Both the position numbers and the translations under genes were made by a program. A DNA stretch of 64,000 nucleotides from Eledone cirrhosa (lineage: Eukaryota): assembly GCA_964016885.1 (NCBI GenBank), contig OZ024741.1, positions 308,760,001-308,824,000 on the forward strand, read 5' to 3'. Below, one piece after another: positions 46,627 through 60,472 of this stretch. The notes below the pieces were generated by a model. That model saw only the letters and a program-made list of their open reading frames with translations, was not told the origin of the DNA and did not search any database. Positions within the stretch are counted from its first letter, which is position 1; every line of letters starts with the position of its first letter.

Positions 46627-47420
46627 GAGAGAGAGAGAGACGGGGGTGTCCTCCAAAAATGTATACACACTTCAACAGCATTCTAATAAATATTGCCTGT
46701 ACAGGTAATCAAAGTGTGTATACATTTTTGGGAACACCCTGTGTGTATATATATATATGTGTGTGTGTGTGTGCCCGTATATGTATGTGTGTATATAGGT
46801 ATGTGGGGAGGGATGGAGAGAGAGCTATGAACGTACATATATTCATGTCTATGTATAAAAACATAGATGTTTCTTCTTGTTTAGTTCCATAATATCCCTT
46901 ATCGATCAGAGCTGAGATCAAAGACATCTTAATATCTTCCCTTTTTAAAAAGACGAATGTAGGAATGTTATACCAAGGAGATTCGACTGCTATTTCTAGC
47001 ATGTTTAACGACTATGTAGAGGCACCCTCATTGGCTCCGTGAAACAAAATGGTGGGAGAAGCAGACGACAAAAAAATAAGCGTAAAAATAAAAAGAGAGA
47101 AAGAGAGGGAGAAAGAAATAGTGTTCTGGTTGTTTTTACACTGGCACAGTGCCACAAATTTTTAGGTGATGCTTGCAAACGTTGATTAACATTGATGCCC
47201 TTCAGTCGAAGTAAACAGTTGCTAGCTAGTTTGTCGACCCCACGGAATGATAGAAAGGCCGACGAGACAGATGAGATATTTGAAAACTAGTAAGGATAAC
47301 GATAAACAAACGGAAATAAATAGCTACAAATCATATACATAAGTATATATATATATATGTATGTGTATACCCATACACACACACACACACATATATATAC
47401 ATACATACATACAAATATAC

Positions 47421-47454
<34 letters not shown>

Positions 47455-47645
47455 GCGTGTGTATATATATATATTATATATATGTGTGTGTGTGTTTATA
47501 ATCGTAACACACACATACACACAGATTATATTGTATTATATATATATATATAATGGTATATATCGTTTCTATATTGTAGAAGTTTATTTGGTTCATATTT
47601 GACTGCATTGACACCTATACTTAACACACAATCATTAATATTACA

Positions 47646-47728
<83 letters not shown>

Positions 47729-47913
47729 ATCTATATGTATGTATCTATATGTATGTATCTATATGTATGTATATATCTATATATCTATATGAGTATGCAT
47801 CTATATGTGTATGCATTTATATGTGTATGCATCTATATGCGTATGTATATATATATATATGTGTATATATATTTGTGTATATATATATGTGTATATATAT
47901 ATATATATATATT

Positions 47914-48358
47914 TATTAAAATAACAGATTAAAGTTTAAGCAAAGAATTGCCAGAGAACGTCTCTATGCACCACCTAAGAGAACATTAGTCTACGACCTC
48001 TTTTATACCATAAACGTGGTTCTGTCTTTGAGTGTAATTGTTTTTCACCGCTCCTATTAATGACGTATTATATTCGTTTTTTCCCGTTCTTTGCCAGGGA
48101 ACATTTCCACGAACCAAAGTATCGTCTTCCTGTCTTCCTCCGGTTGCAACGTTTTTTGAAATATCCACTTCTGCGTTTACAGATTGACTTTGTTAGTTTC
48201 AGAAGATCCCGTTAAGGGTGAAAGCACCGATTCTTTGCTTAAACTTTAATCTGTTATTTTAATAAATATTTGCTCTACGGTTCTTATATATTTGATATAT
48301 ATTTATCCTTATCGAGCCCTCTTTGGATTTTAGTCTTCAAATTTATTATTATTACTAT
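47914..48358 (+). mobile_element. Solo Penelope pLTR of the 62-64 kb family with a short inverted 5' piece
   Basis: Near-identical to 63580-63900 and to the reverse complement of 62017-62210; lies in (TA)n. Shorter copies occur at ~1263-1435 (-), ~20608-20727 and ~49280-49334. Confidence 0.85.
48195..48245 (+). ncRNA. Hammerhead-like ribozyme (CAGAAGA), second copy
   Basis: Same fold as 63829-63879, with one substitution in loop III. Confidence 0.7.
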
Positions 48359-48456
48359 ATATATATATATATATATTCATATGCATTTTATTAAAGCTAA
48401 ATAGTGAGTCTTATTACTCTACGGTTTCACCTGTTTCTCACAGGGTCATCAGACAG

Positions 48457-48487
<31 letters not shown>

Positions 48488-48528
48488 TATGTATGTATAA
48501 ATATGTATATATGCATATGTTTATATGT

Positions 48529-48560
<32 letters not shown>

Positions 48561-48709
48561 GTGCGTGTGTGTGTGTCTGTCTGTCTGCACACACATATAC
48601 ATATATATACATATGTGTATATATATATATGTATATATATATATGTATATATATGTGTGTGTATATATATATATATGTATGTATATGTTTATATGTATAT
48701 ATAGGTATG

Positions 48710-48740
<31 letters not shown>

Positions 48741-49220
48741 GTATATATATATATGTATATATATGTGTATGTGTGTGCTTGTGTATATGTATGTGTATAA
48801 GTAACAGGTGGCATGTTTTTGTCGTGTTTGTTTATATATATATATAACTATTTTTTTAAGCGGGGTGTCGTCTGTTGCAACATATGTAACATGAAAAACA
48901 AAAAAATAATTAAGAGTTTGTGACGTTAATATCAGTGAGCTAACAACGATGATGATGACGTGATGATACCACGGGTCATACAGAAATATTAGAAGCTATC
49001 ACGAAGTACATCACACAAACAAACAAACACACACAGTCACACACAACTATTTAATGTACTCAATATAGTTATTATAGAAACGGAGATGTAAATAGTTATT
49101 AGTAAGTGATTAAGTGATGAGCTTATTATTCTCTCTAGCTCCTCAGTTCCTCAATTGCACTATAGGCGGAATTGAGGAACTGAGTAACTATATATCTATG
49201 TGTGTGTCTGCGTGTGTGTA

Positions 49221-49280
<60 letters not shown>

Positions 49281-49332
49281 TATCCTTATCGAGCCCTCTT
49301 CGGATTTTAGTCTTCACATTCATTATTATTAC

Positions 49333-49371
<39 letters not shown>

Positions 49372-49379
49372 ACTGATAT

Positions 49380-49471
<92 letters not shown>

Positions 49472-49504
49472 TTATATATATTTATTATTTATATATATAA
49501 GTAG

Positions 49505-49569
<65 letters not shown>

Positions 49570-50098
49570 TATATATAAATAATAAATATATATAAATAAA
49601 TATATATATATATATATACATACACACACACACACACACATATACACATGCACACACTCTTTCCAAGAAGAATTATTTGCTAACAAGCTTCACTCAATCA
49701 CACATCACAATTACATTAATTACAATTATTAAGAAACCATTTATCATATTTATGATTATCTTCAAGATCGCTGTCATTAGATAATCTTTATAGACATCTA
49801 AAGTCAATCATTTAATCGGCCATTTTCTCTCTTTTATACTTTATTACACGAACACACACACATTCATACATTCAAATTAATCACGCATTTTCTCCTTATA
49901 CTTTAAATGTGTATATAAATAAGCCTCTATAAAAGTATTTATGTATGTATTTGCAATCCAGCCAAACATATATATACATAAATACACACATCTATATATA
50001 TATACATATATACATAAATACACACATCTCTATATATAGACATATATAGATAAATACACACATCTCTATATATAGACATATATAGATAAATACACACA

Positions 50099-50194
<96 letters not shown>

Positions 50195-51500
50195 CACAAA
50201 TACACACACATATATATATATACATACATACATATATACATACATAATTACACATATCTCTATATATATATACATATACAAATGTGTGTGTGTGGTGTGT
50301 GTCTGTGTGCGTTTGTGTGTGTATTTATCTCTATATATGTATATATGTATTTATGGATGGATGGATTGCAAACTAAACATGGATGGTTTCTATCGCCTTG
50401 ACACAACCGGATCAAGGCTAGCAATAGTTGGTCTGTTTTAGAAAGAATTCAGAGAAAAAACGATTAAAAACAAAGATTATTTTCCCTCCTCCACTCGGAC
50501 TGTCAACATGAATTGTTCGTGTCAATTATTTGCAGATAGGTATTCTGCTATTTTGTAAACAATTCAAATATATTGTTATTATGACCGGCTTTGCTATCTT
50601 TGTTATTTAACTTGTTGTTTAGCTCTATGTCAGATCCGATCGATCAGAACTATGACTAAAGGCATTCCAGTCGTGATTATCCGACCTGCCACCCATTCTT
50701 CATTATTATTATTATTACAAACATAATGTCTATAGGTCTACCTTATCCAATGTGTCGTTCAATTTTTTTAAAGACGGCAAAGGAGATTTGGCTGCTGTTG
50801 CTAGTAAGTCGAGTGACCATAAATACCCGTTATCTATCTTCGTAATATATATATGTGTGTGTGTCTGTTATTATTACGAGGAAAAAATAATGGTGATGAC
50901 GATGAAAGATAAAGATGACGGCGATGACGACGAGGGCTATGTATGATAAGAGAGGCAGAGAGAGAGAGAGGAAGAAAGAAAGACGTGGTGATGGAACATT
51001 AGCTGGTTTGTTTGTTTGTTGGTTGGTTGTTTTCCCATCGCACATCGCTGTAGTCATTAAAAGCAGACGAGAGGGTGGGAGGGATGTGCATGTCGGGTGG
51101 AGGTTGTCGTTTTGAAGATATGCATGCACACATACATATGGTTTCCCAATTTTGCTAAGTAAAATAATATAATAAGCGCAATGAAAGAGGATCTCCACAT
51201 CAGAGTGAATGAGAGTGAGGGTCAGATGCTGAGAAGGTAGTAGTGTTTGTGGCATTTATGCTTTTACAACTAACTTCTCCCCTAACAATAGAGAGAGGAA
51301 AAACATTCAAAATACAGATAGACAGACAAACTTGGTAGACGAGAGAATCCTCCAAACCTTTGGATTCGCCTAATTTAGGAAGTATCAATACTTGGATCAC
51401 TATATAACAGACATCGCTATGTACTTAACCACACTGTACATAGCGCTATTGAGTGCGCGTACGTAATTGTGTGTGTGTGTATATATATGTATATATAAAT

Positions 51501-51548
<48 letters not shown>

Positions 51549-51670
51549 ATTTATATATACATATATATATATATACATTTAAGTATTAAAATATGTAAAA
51601 CAACTCTGTTTACAAATCGAGGGCTCATTCTTTCGTAATACGAAATTAAACTCAAGTTTATATATATATA

Positions 51671-51701
<31 letters not shown>

Positions 51702-52177
51702 AGAGAGGGGGAGAAAGGGAGAGAGAGAGAGGAGTACATATAATCATTTTGGAGAGAAACATAGAAATAGTGTTTATAGATTGTGTGTGTGTGTGTATAT
51801 TTGTGTGCGTGAGTGTCTGTCTATACACGGTTTTTATTATTATTAATTGTCATATGATATGCGGTTGTTTGTTTTCTTCCAAGTAGAAAAATCCCGCTTA
51901 GTTCGACAAACAGAAATGAAACATTGAAAATAGAGAAATAGAAAGAAAAAAAGGCAAAGCGAATGAATAAAATAGGCAAACAACTGAATGTAGAAACGAA
52001 CGAACGAGTGAGTGAGTGAAAGTATGATTGAATGAACGAGCACACGAATGAATGAATGAATGAATATATATATATGTATATAAAGGAATGAACAAATAAG
52101 TCAATTAATCAATGAACGAGCAAAACAAAAACGAATGAATGGTTATAACATAAATAACATTAGATAAATAGATAGAC

Positions 52178-52264
<87 letters not shown>

Positions 52265-53427
52265 TAGATAGATAGATATAGGTTACATTATCCTTTTACC
52301 TCTTAGAAGCTGCCCTTCTAGAAAGGAAAAAAACAACAACTTGTTTCTGTCGCTTGTCGGTCGAGGAACTTATGATAACTTTACAAAAGCTGAAGAATAA
52401 CAAAGAAATTCGTTGATTGGAGGGGGGAAGGAACAACAACAACAACAAAAAGAAAAAGAGAAAGAAAGAAGACTGTTCAATGTGACGACGGGAATGGTGG
52501 TGGTGACGGAGGAGGTAGGAGGAGGAAAGAGTAAAAGTTAAGGTGAAGTAGAAGGAGAAGACGATGAAGGGGGAGAAGGTGAAGAAGGAAGAAGTAGTAG
52601 GAGTAGAAAGCGAAGACAGCTTTAAGAAGAAAGAGGAGGGAAGAAAATAAGAGGGGAGGAGAGAAAAACGGCAGTGGAGAAGAAGGAGGAGTAGAAACGA
52701 CAAGACAAGAAAAAAAAGAGAAACAAAAAGAAAGTGAGAGAGTGTAAAAAGACATAATAGAGAGGGGAAAGAGAACAAAGAAGGAGAATTAAGGAGGAGA
52801 AAAGGAAGGTGTGAAAAATGAAAGGAGTGTGAGAGAGATTGAGAGAAAGAAAGTGAGATAAGAGAAGAAAAAAGAGAAAAGACAAGGAAAACGAGAAGAC
52901 ATAGAGGAGGCGAAGGACGAGGAAAAGGAGGAGGAGAAGAACGAGGTGGAGGAGGAGAAAGACTACTGCAAGGAAGGTGGTGGGAGCTGAGCGCATGCGT
53001 GCTTTGTTAGCCACACGGCTGAGATCTTGAGAAGGAAGGGAGGAGAAGGATGAGAAAACGAAGTAGGAGTAGTAGGAGGAGAAGAAGCTCGTGAAGATGA
53101 TGAATGAAAGAAGAAGGGAAAAATCAAAGGAAAGAATCTAAGGATGACGATAATAGTTATTATTGTTGTTTATAATAGGCGGTGGATTCGGCAGTATCGG
53201 TAGATCGTCGGACAAAACGCCTTGCGGTATTTAGTTAAAGCCCTTTACATTCTAAGTTCAAATCCCACCGAGGTCAACTGTCTTTCATCCTTCTGGGGTC
53301 AATATAATAAAGTACCAGTCAAGTGCTGAAGTCGATATAATCGACTTCCTCTTCCCCACGCCTCTAAATTGCCGGCCTTGTACCTAAATTATTTATAATA
53401 ATAAAAAAACCTGTTACTGTTCGTTAC

Positions 53428-53453
53428 CTTTCTGACTTTCTCATATCTTGAAC
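53428..53453 (-). other. Candidate 26-nt micro-exon
   Basis: Polypyrimidine tract plus ctgcag|GTTCAAGATATGAGAAAGTCAGAAAG|gtaacg. Confidence 0.3.
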
Positions 53454-54639
53454 CTGCAGAACGGAGAAGTAGATAAAAAGATGTGGTCGAAAAGAGAGAG
53501 AGAGAGAGAGAAACAGTGAGAGGGAAAGAGTGGTAATATGATAGATAAGGAGATCAAAGACTGGTATAAATAGAGAAGTAAATAGACAAGTAAACGGACT
53601 GAGATAAACAGAGCGAGTGAGTGAGTGTGATAAAGAGTGAGTTCGTGTAAGATAGAGAGCGAGTGAGTGCTTGATATAGAAATAGAGCGTAATAGATAGA
53701 TAGATAAAGAGAGAATGACTGTGTAATACAGAGAAAGAGTATGCGAAAGATAGATAAAGTGGGAGAAAGTGAATGCCTGTGAGCGAGAATACGGAGAGAC
53801 AAAATGTGTATGCATGCTTAATATAGAGATAGAACGATCGAGTGTGTGTGTGAGAGTATGAAAGAGAGAGAGAGAAAGTGAGTCAGTATGTGATACAGAG
53901 TAAGATAAATATATATATAGACAGATACAGAGTAAAGTTATGAGATAGATAAACGGAGAAACAGTGTGTGTGTGTGTGAGAGTGAGTGACACAGAGAGAG
54001 ACTAAATTCGTATATCTGAAGAAGAGAGAGTGGCTTGAACGAAAAACTAAAGGAAATCAACATAGAAAAAAGAGCGAATAAGAGAGAAAGAGAGAAGTTT
54101 GTCGTGACTTGGTAGGAGTGAGTGTTTGAGGTAAAGAGTAAGAAGGTTGGTATAAAAGAGAAAGACTATGGGATGAAATAGTGAATGCAGAATATATATA
54201 TATATATATGCGAGAGAGAGTAAAACCAAGAAGAAGAAAGAAAGAGAGAACTGAAGTGAGTGAAGAGTCAAGATGAAACAACTCGACTGAAGCGATAAAT
54301 AAGGAGAAAGAGAGAGAGAGCAACAATGACAACTACAACAACAACGTTAACACGATTTTTTTTGATGTTTTTTGAGAGTTTTTTTTTATCGATTGGTGCT
54401 TATAGTTGTTGTTTTTTTATATGATGTCTTCGGTTGCGGTTAGAAGTTTACATTGAGGTAGTAAGCGACCTGTTAAGAGCAAAAAATATATCAAATAAAA
54501 TAATAATAATAATAGTTTCTTAATGTATCGAGTTGCATAGAGTCTAGATAGTGAATCGGTTTCGAATCCAGCTTAAAGCCAGTTCCATTTCACTTACTTA
54601 AAAATACAGTTAGAGGAAGACATTCATACATGCATACAT

Positions 54640-55112
54640 ACATGGTGGCTGCCAACTCGTTTTCGAGTACGGCCACTACTTTATATCCATGTAGGAGAAC
54701 CCCTACCGAAGCGCTGAACGAGTGTGACTTTTTGTCCAGCCAGCGACTTGAAACCTCTGGTACAAACACTACACTTGTGACAATTATTGACACATAGTGC
54801 TGGGCCCATGGTACCATGTGAGGACAAGTGCAGAGAGATCTCCAGATATAAAGCAATGCCTGTGCCGTGAAGCTTTTATAGTGAGCAAAGGCACTGCACA
54901 AAGCCAGTCCCACTCTCTTAACCAAGATGATATTTACCAAAAAGAAGAACAAGTCAACATCATTGGATACCATCAGAGTTGCAGGTGTTATATCAGAGTT
55001 TTCCTTCTCCTAGAATTCTGCCTTGACAAAGGCTAAGGGGTCATCTCTCCCAGTGATTTTGGATGGCCATTGACTCTTAAGAGCTCCTTTGCCCCTTGAC
55101 AGGTTTTTTAAT
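54640..55112 (-). mobile_element. Non-autonomous bipartite RTE derivative (5' UTR joined to 3' end)
   Basis: Near-identical to 39647-40055. It carries ctaggagaaggaaaactctga, a last zinc-finger remnant and the ...ggcagccaccat(gtat)n terminus. Confidence 0.75.
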
Positions 55113-55279
55113 AACAATAATATATACATACATACATACATACATACATACATACAACATTCATACATACATACATAAATACATGCATGCATGCATGTAC
55201 ACACACGCACATACATACATACACACATACATACATACATACATACATACATACATACATACATACATACATACATGTC

Positions 55280-55772
55280 TTAAAAGAAGAAACCTGTGCG
55301 GGAAAGGTTTATAGTGGGAGGGCCAGTGCACAGTGACGGTCCCACTCACTCGGCCGCAGAAGCCAGAATCCGGTGGTACGGAGGACCTTCACGACCAGGG
55401 ACTTCCTTGGCTGCAGTGGATGGCCACGACGTCTGTAGTGCGTTGCCGTGCCCTAACGCTCCACACCTTCGTGACCATTGGGACGATGTTGTCCTCCTCC
55501 ACTCACTCCGCTGGGTCCAGTCTTCGCATACAGAGGAAGGCATCCCCTTTCTAACTCACCAGGGGGTTTCAGACCCGTCCGGCTACCCTCAACCTGGTTC
55601 GGCCCGCCAGCCAAGGCGGTTTACCAGGGTGTGGCCGCTGTCGCATGCTACAGCTTATTGGGGCCACAGGTGAGAGCTGAGTGTCAGGTGGGACCCAATG
55701 CAGGACTAGCTGTCCTGAAAAGGGCATGGCTAGCCCCCTCTACAGAGGTACATGCCCATCCTTGACACCCCA
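55280..55772 (-). mobile_element. RTE LINE 5' UTR-like fragment
   Basis: GC-rich non-coding segment resembling RTE 5' UTRs as I recall them (ctgacactcagctctcacctgtgg...ggccacaccc...gagggtagccggacgggtct); flanked by (CATA)n. Confidence 0.55.
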
Positions 55773-55948
55773 GGCATATACACACGCATATACATACACA
55801 TACATATGTACATGTGTATATACATATTTACACATTTTGGGATGGCCGTTGACTCTTATGAGTTCTTCCGCCCTTTGTATACATACATACATGATGGCTG
55901 CCCCTTCGTTATCGAGTATGGCCATTGCACGAGAAGGAAAAAAAAAAA

Positions 55949-55984
<36 letters not shown>

Positions 55985-56031
55985 TAATAAAAAAATAAAT
56001 AAATAAAAAATAAAAAAAAAATAAAAAAATA

Positions 56032-56115
<84 letters not shown>

Positions 56116-56295
56116 CACATATACACACACACACTCACACACATATACACACACACATACATTAATAACAATAATAATAATAACAACAATAATAATAACG
56201 ACAACAACCATAATGATATACATATACATATATATATACACACACACGCACACACATAAGCATATCTACACACACACACACACACACGATAGCAA

Positions 56296-57222
56296 CTAAC
56301 AGCGCTGCGATCGAATGTGGCTTTTTAGTCCAGCCAATGATCTAAAATGTCTTGCACAGAGTCGGCAACCAAAACATTCATTGGGAATAGTCGGCTGTGG
56401 TTGGAGTTCGTGTACTTTTGCATGTCGCTTGAGCCCTCCTGCTGATTTACATTCTCTACCACATGTTTGGCAAGCATGATGAGTAGCATCTCCAACAGCA
56501 GCCTGGTTGTCAACCACTGGTCTTACTTTATGACTGCGAAGATGACTTTCGAGTCCAGCTTTGCTTAGGCAGAGTCTCGCACATACGCTGCATGTCAGCA
56601 CCATAGGAGGACCCTCGCCGTCTGGAAGTGCAACAGCAATGCCCTTCCTCACATCCCGCTTTACTTTCTCGTATGCGATTCGAGATGCCTCAAAGGCAAC
56701 TTTTCCCTCATATACAGTCTTTCTCCATTTATTACGATCAGCAGCAATATTCTCCCATGTATCAGCAGAGATGTTAGCGTCTTTCAGAGAGGCTTTCAAG
56801 GAATCCTTATACCTCTTTTTTGGTTTATGTGGCGGTCGTTTTCCTTTAACCAACTCTCCATAAAAGAGTTGTTTTGGTATTCTAGAATCCTTCATCCTGG
56901 CAAGGGGACCACTCCAACGGAGTCGTTGCTTAAGCACAAGAGCTTCTATACTGTCACACATAGAGCTTTCCAAAATCTCGACATCACTGATGTGGTCCCT
57001 CCAGTGAACGCCATGGATCCGTCTGAGACACATCTGATGGAAACGCTCCAATTGCTTAAGGTGGTGTCGATATGTGACCCAGGTCTCGCAGGCATAAAGA
57101 AGACAAGAGAGCACACATGCCCTGTACACCTTTACCTTTGTCCTCCCGCATATGTCTCGCCGACCCCAGAGTCGCCTTTCTAGCTTTCCGAAAGCATCAC
57201 TTGCCTTCCTAATCCTAAGTGA
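56296..57222 (-). mobile_element. RTE-clade LINE ORF 3' part (RT thumb plus three C2H2 zinc fingers), 5'-truncated
   Basis: RIRKASDAFGKL...TKVKVYRACVLSCLLYACETW...QLERFHQMCLRRI...RLRWSG..ARM.D.R.PKQLFYGEL..GKR. Fingers are CSVC...HLRSH, CQTC...HAKVH and CRLC...H; frame is open. Confidence 0.93.
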
Positions 57223-57310
57223 GATACATACATACATACATACATACATACATACATACATACATACATACATACATACATACATACATACATACATACA
57301 TACATACATA

Positions 57311-57818
57311 AAATTAACAACAAACGAGGAAGAATATATTGAGACAGATGGCACTAAGGAATACTGGTGGAACCTGAAAATAAAAACTGCCACCAAATTA
57401 AAGCACAACCGGCCTGATATTGTTGTTTGGGACCACACATTGAAAACGTGTTCTGTTGTGGAGATCAGCTGCCCACTTGATGTAAACGTTGTCAGAAAAA
57501 TACAGGAGAAGGAGGACATCTACGGACCATTGATGAGGAGTTTACAAATCCAGTATCCAAGATACACCTTTAGCTTCATACCCATCATTATTGGAGCTAC
57601 GGGTTATATACCAACCCGCTTGGACCAAAGTATGACTGAACTTGGATTTACGGACAAAAAGCGTAGCTCCCTAATGGCTGCGATAGCTGGCACCTTCAAA
57701 ATTTGCAAAACATTCTTGCGATTCAAGGGATGACAATTTCTTTTCTTTTACAACCTTGCCACCAGGAAGGTGGCGGTCAAAAAAATATACTCGAAATTAA
57801 GAGAAAGAGATAACATAT
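57311..57818 (+). mobile_element. R4/Dong-type non-LTR retrotransposon 3' end (restriction-like endonuclease plus 3' UTR) in (CATA)n
   Basis: HNRPDIVVWD...VVEISCPLD.NV..K..EK...Y..L...PIIIGATG is a PD-(D/E)xK RLE signature. Stop at 57733; (CATA)n on both sides. Confidence 0.85.
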
Positions 57819-57861
57819 AAATACATACATACATACATACATACATACATACATACATACA

Positions 57862-57892
<31 letters not shown>

Positions 57893-58073
57893 GCGTACAC
57901 ACATACATACATATACATATATGCTATTAGATATAAATAATAAGACAGAGTGTTAGGTCTGGGGAGAAAATAATCCCATTTTCTATATTCTGAAATTACG
58001 GGACATGTGTGGCCGCTCAAAAGCGACTGCCTCTACCCTCATTATAATCATTGATGAATTTAAGTAGAATAAT

Positions 58074-58257
58074 TGTTTCTACTTTAGGCACAAGGCCAGC
58101 AATTATCCAGTTCATTACTGGTACTTTATTTTATCGACCCCGTAAGGATGAAAGGCAAAGTTAACCTCGGCGGGATTTGAACTCAGATCGTAAAGGGACG
58201 TAACTATGCTGGAAAGCATGGCGTCCGACCCTCTACCGATACTGCCAATCCACCACC
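58074..58257 (-). mobile_element. Young full-length SINE with 19-bp target-site duplication
   Basis: tgaatttaagtagaataat at 58055-58073 and 58258-58276. Confidence 0.93.
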
Positions 58258-59117
58258 TGAATTTAAGTAGAATAATGTCAAATTTTCACTTTCTTTTGTT
58301 TTTTGTTTTTCGTTATTTATTTTCTTCTATTTTTTCTTCTTTCAAAGTTTTCCTTCTTTTTTCCATATAAATTTTTGACATTTTTTTATCTCTCGTTCAT
58401 TCCCTTTCTGTTACTCTATTTGTTTCTGTTTGATTTTTCGTTTTTTATTTTTATTTTTCGTTTTTCTTTAGCCTCTTGTATTTCGTTAAAAATATTTTTA
58501 TTTCTGTCACCCTCCAACCTCTTTCTTTCTCTTCCGCATTCCTTCCTCCCTGTCGCTTCTTTCTTTCTCTCTTACATTCCTGTCTTTCTGTCGGTCTCTC
58601 TCTTTCTCCCCGTATTCCAATCTTTCTGTCGCTCTCCCCATCTACCCCCTGTCTGTTTTTTTTTCTTAATTTATTTCCTTTTTTAGTTTTCCTTCTGTCT
58701 TTTGTTTTTATCTATATCTATCTATCACTTTCTTCTGTATTCCTTCTTTTTTCTAACTCATTCTTTTTATCTTTCGTCCTTCCCTTCTTATGTCCTTTCT
58801 TTCTCTAGCACTTCTTTCTGTCTTCTCTTTCCTCTTTTTTTATTCTTTCAAGATTTCGTTCAAAACTGTTTTTTTTTCATTTCTTCCTTTCTTTCACATT
58901 TTCCTTCCATTCATTCTCTTTTCTTTCTCTTCACTTTCCCTTCCTGTTTCTCCTATATACTTCAGTTACTTCTATCTTCATTTTCTTTCAAAGATTCCTT
59001 TAGTATTTTATTTTATTTTAATTCTCTAGACATGGGTCTAGGCAATTGAGATATCACAGCTCCAATACTATAGCCATGTGGTTAGAATGTCTCAGGTAGG
59101 AATCACTGGACAGATTT

Positions 59118-59413
59118 TACAGGCAAAGCCAACCAGCAAGAGACCTAGGGGTAAGCCCCAAGCAAGATGGTTGGATAACACCTTTGAACTTGGCTGGTCT
59201 CGCTTGGGGATCCTGCCGGATCAGTTGCAGACGGTTGCCTTTGACAGGACCCGCTAGAAGGAGTGTTTGAGGACTCTGTCCCCACGATTCTCTTGGGAAT
59301 GAGTGAGCGAAGAAGAAGAAGAAGAAGAAGAAGAAGAAGAAGAAGAAGAAGAAGAAGAAGAAGAAGAAGAAGAAGAAGAAGAAGAAGAAGAAGAAGAAGA
59401 AGAAGAAGAAGAA

Positions 59414-59448
<35 letters not shown>
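59118..59448 (+). mobile_element. RTE (Expander/Rex3-like) 3' end with (GAA)n(GAC)n tail
   Basis: KRPRGKPQARWLD...LGWSRLGILPDQL...LSPR. A second copy lies at 18155-18335 (-). Confidence 0.8.
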
Positions 59449-59449
<1 letters not shown>

Positions 59450-59569
59450 ACATCTAAAGTGCGAGAACAAATGCTGATCTACAAGTTTTGCCAATCTGTT
59501 AGCCATTAATGCAAAAGGATTAAGATAGTAAACAAAAAGAGAGAGAAAAATGGGGAAAAAATCGGAGTG

Positions 59570-59930
59570 CCATTCTTGCATGGATGAACGGTTTGTTTCT
59601 TCTCCAACTTCGACGTCGTTATTTGTCGCAGCTGTTTGTGTCTCAGTTCATGAAGTTCAGCTTCTTGGGATCTGTCTTCACTACTTTGGATAGTCCATAT
59701 CTTCCCAGGTTTCCCTCTTCGATAGGTCCCCTCCACTTCGAGCGCCCAGCACTTATTTATACAACTGACGTCCTCTATACGCATCACAAGCCTGTACTAA
59801 TGCATTCTTCTTATATCCAGTATTACTTATAACTTCATTTGTGCTCCTTCGATCATGCACACTAATATTAATGTAGCATGCTCCCTTCATTTCTATATAG
59901 TTTTCACATATCCTTCGCATTCAATGATCA
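59570..59930 (-). pseudogene. Degenerate RTE 3' fragment
   Basis: MRIEDVSCINKCWALEVEGTYRRGKPGKIW. Confidence 0.65.
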
Positions 59931-60189
59931 CATTGGGCCCGTCGCCAAAGGAAGAGGAGTACCGGATGGTACTGCTCCCCACTTTTCAATGGTGCACACT
60001 CAAATTTAGGAAAGTTACTGTGAATTAGAGCACCCATCCAGAGTGTTATGAAGACCACCATCCCTGAGCACTAGAGTGTAGCAACATACCTGGCCATAAA
60101 CTTGCTATCATGACCACGCAGTATTGTATTGTGTACACAAACATCATACAATCTGAGCAATAAACATTTTGTTATCAACAGAAATTCTA

Positions 60190-60423
60190 AAAACATGGCT
60201 ACACACGAAACCGCCCGGGCTCGCTATCGGACCTATAACTTAGTATATATATACTGGAAACATGCAACCCAGTACAACCTGCTGCATGGTTGGGTAGTCA
60301 CCAACGACAAAACCGGCAACCCCACAAAGCCCGTTTCATGAGAAGAGGTAGTTTTAGACACCCTGTCAGATAGGAAACAAATGGCGGAGAAACTCATAAA
60401 ATACGAGAAAGAAACTCATATTA

Positions 60424-60472
<49 letters not shown>

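Noticed and set aside
52296-54332. Hydrophobic F/L/S-rich membrane-like ORFs (also 58303-59049)
   Set aside because: They result from purine/pyrimidine strand skew in low-complexity sequence.
56296-57733. 407-aa and 193-aa ORFs as single proteins
   Set aside because: Each is a chance fusion of an RTE fragment (-) and an RLE fragment (+) across a stop-free (CATA)n.
59117-59581. Poly-E/R/F/S/L proteins
   Set aside because: They come from the (GAA)n(GAC)n tail of an RTE 3' end.
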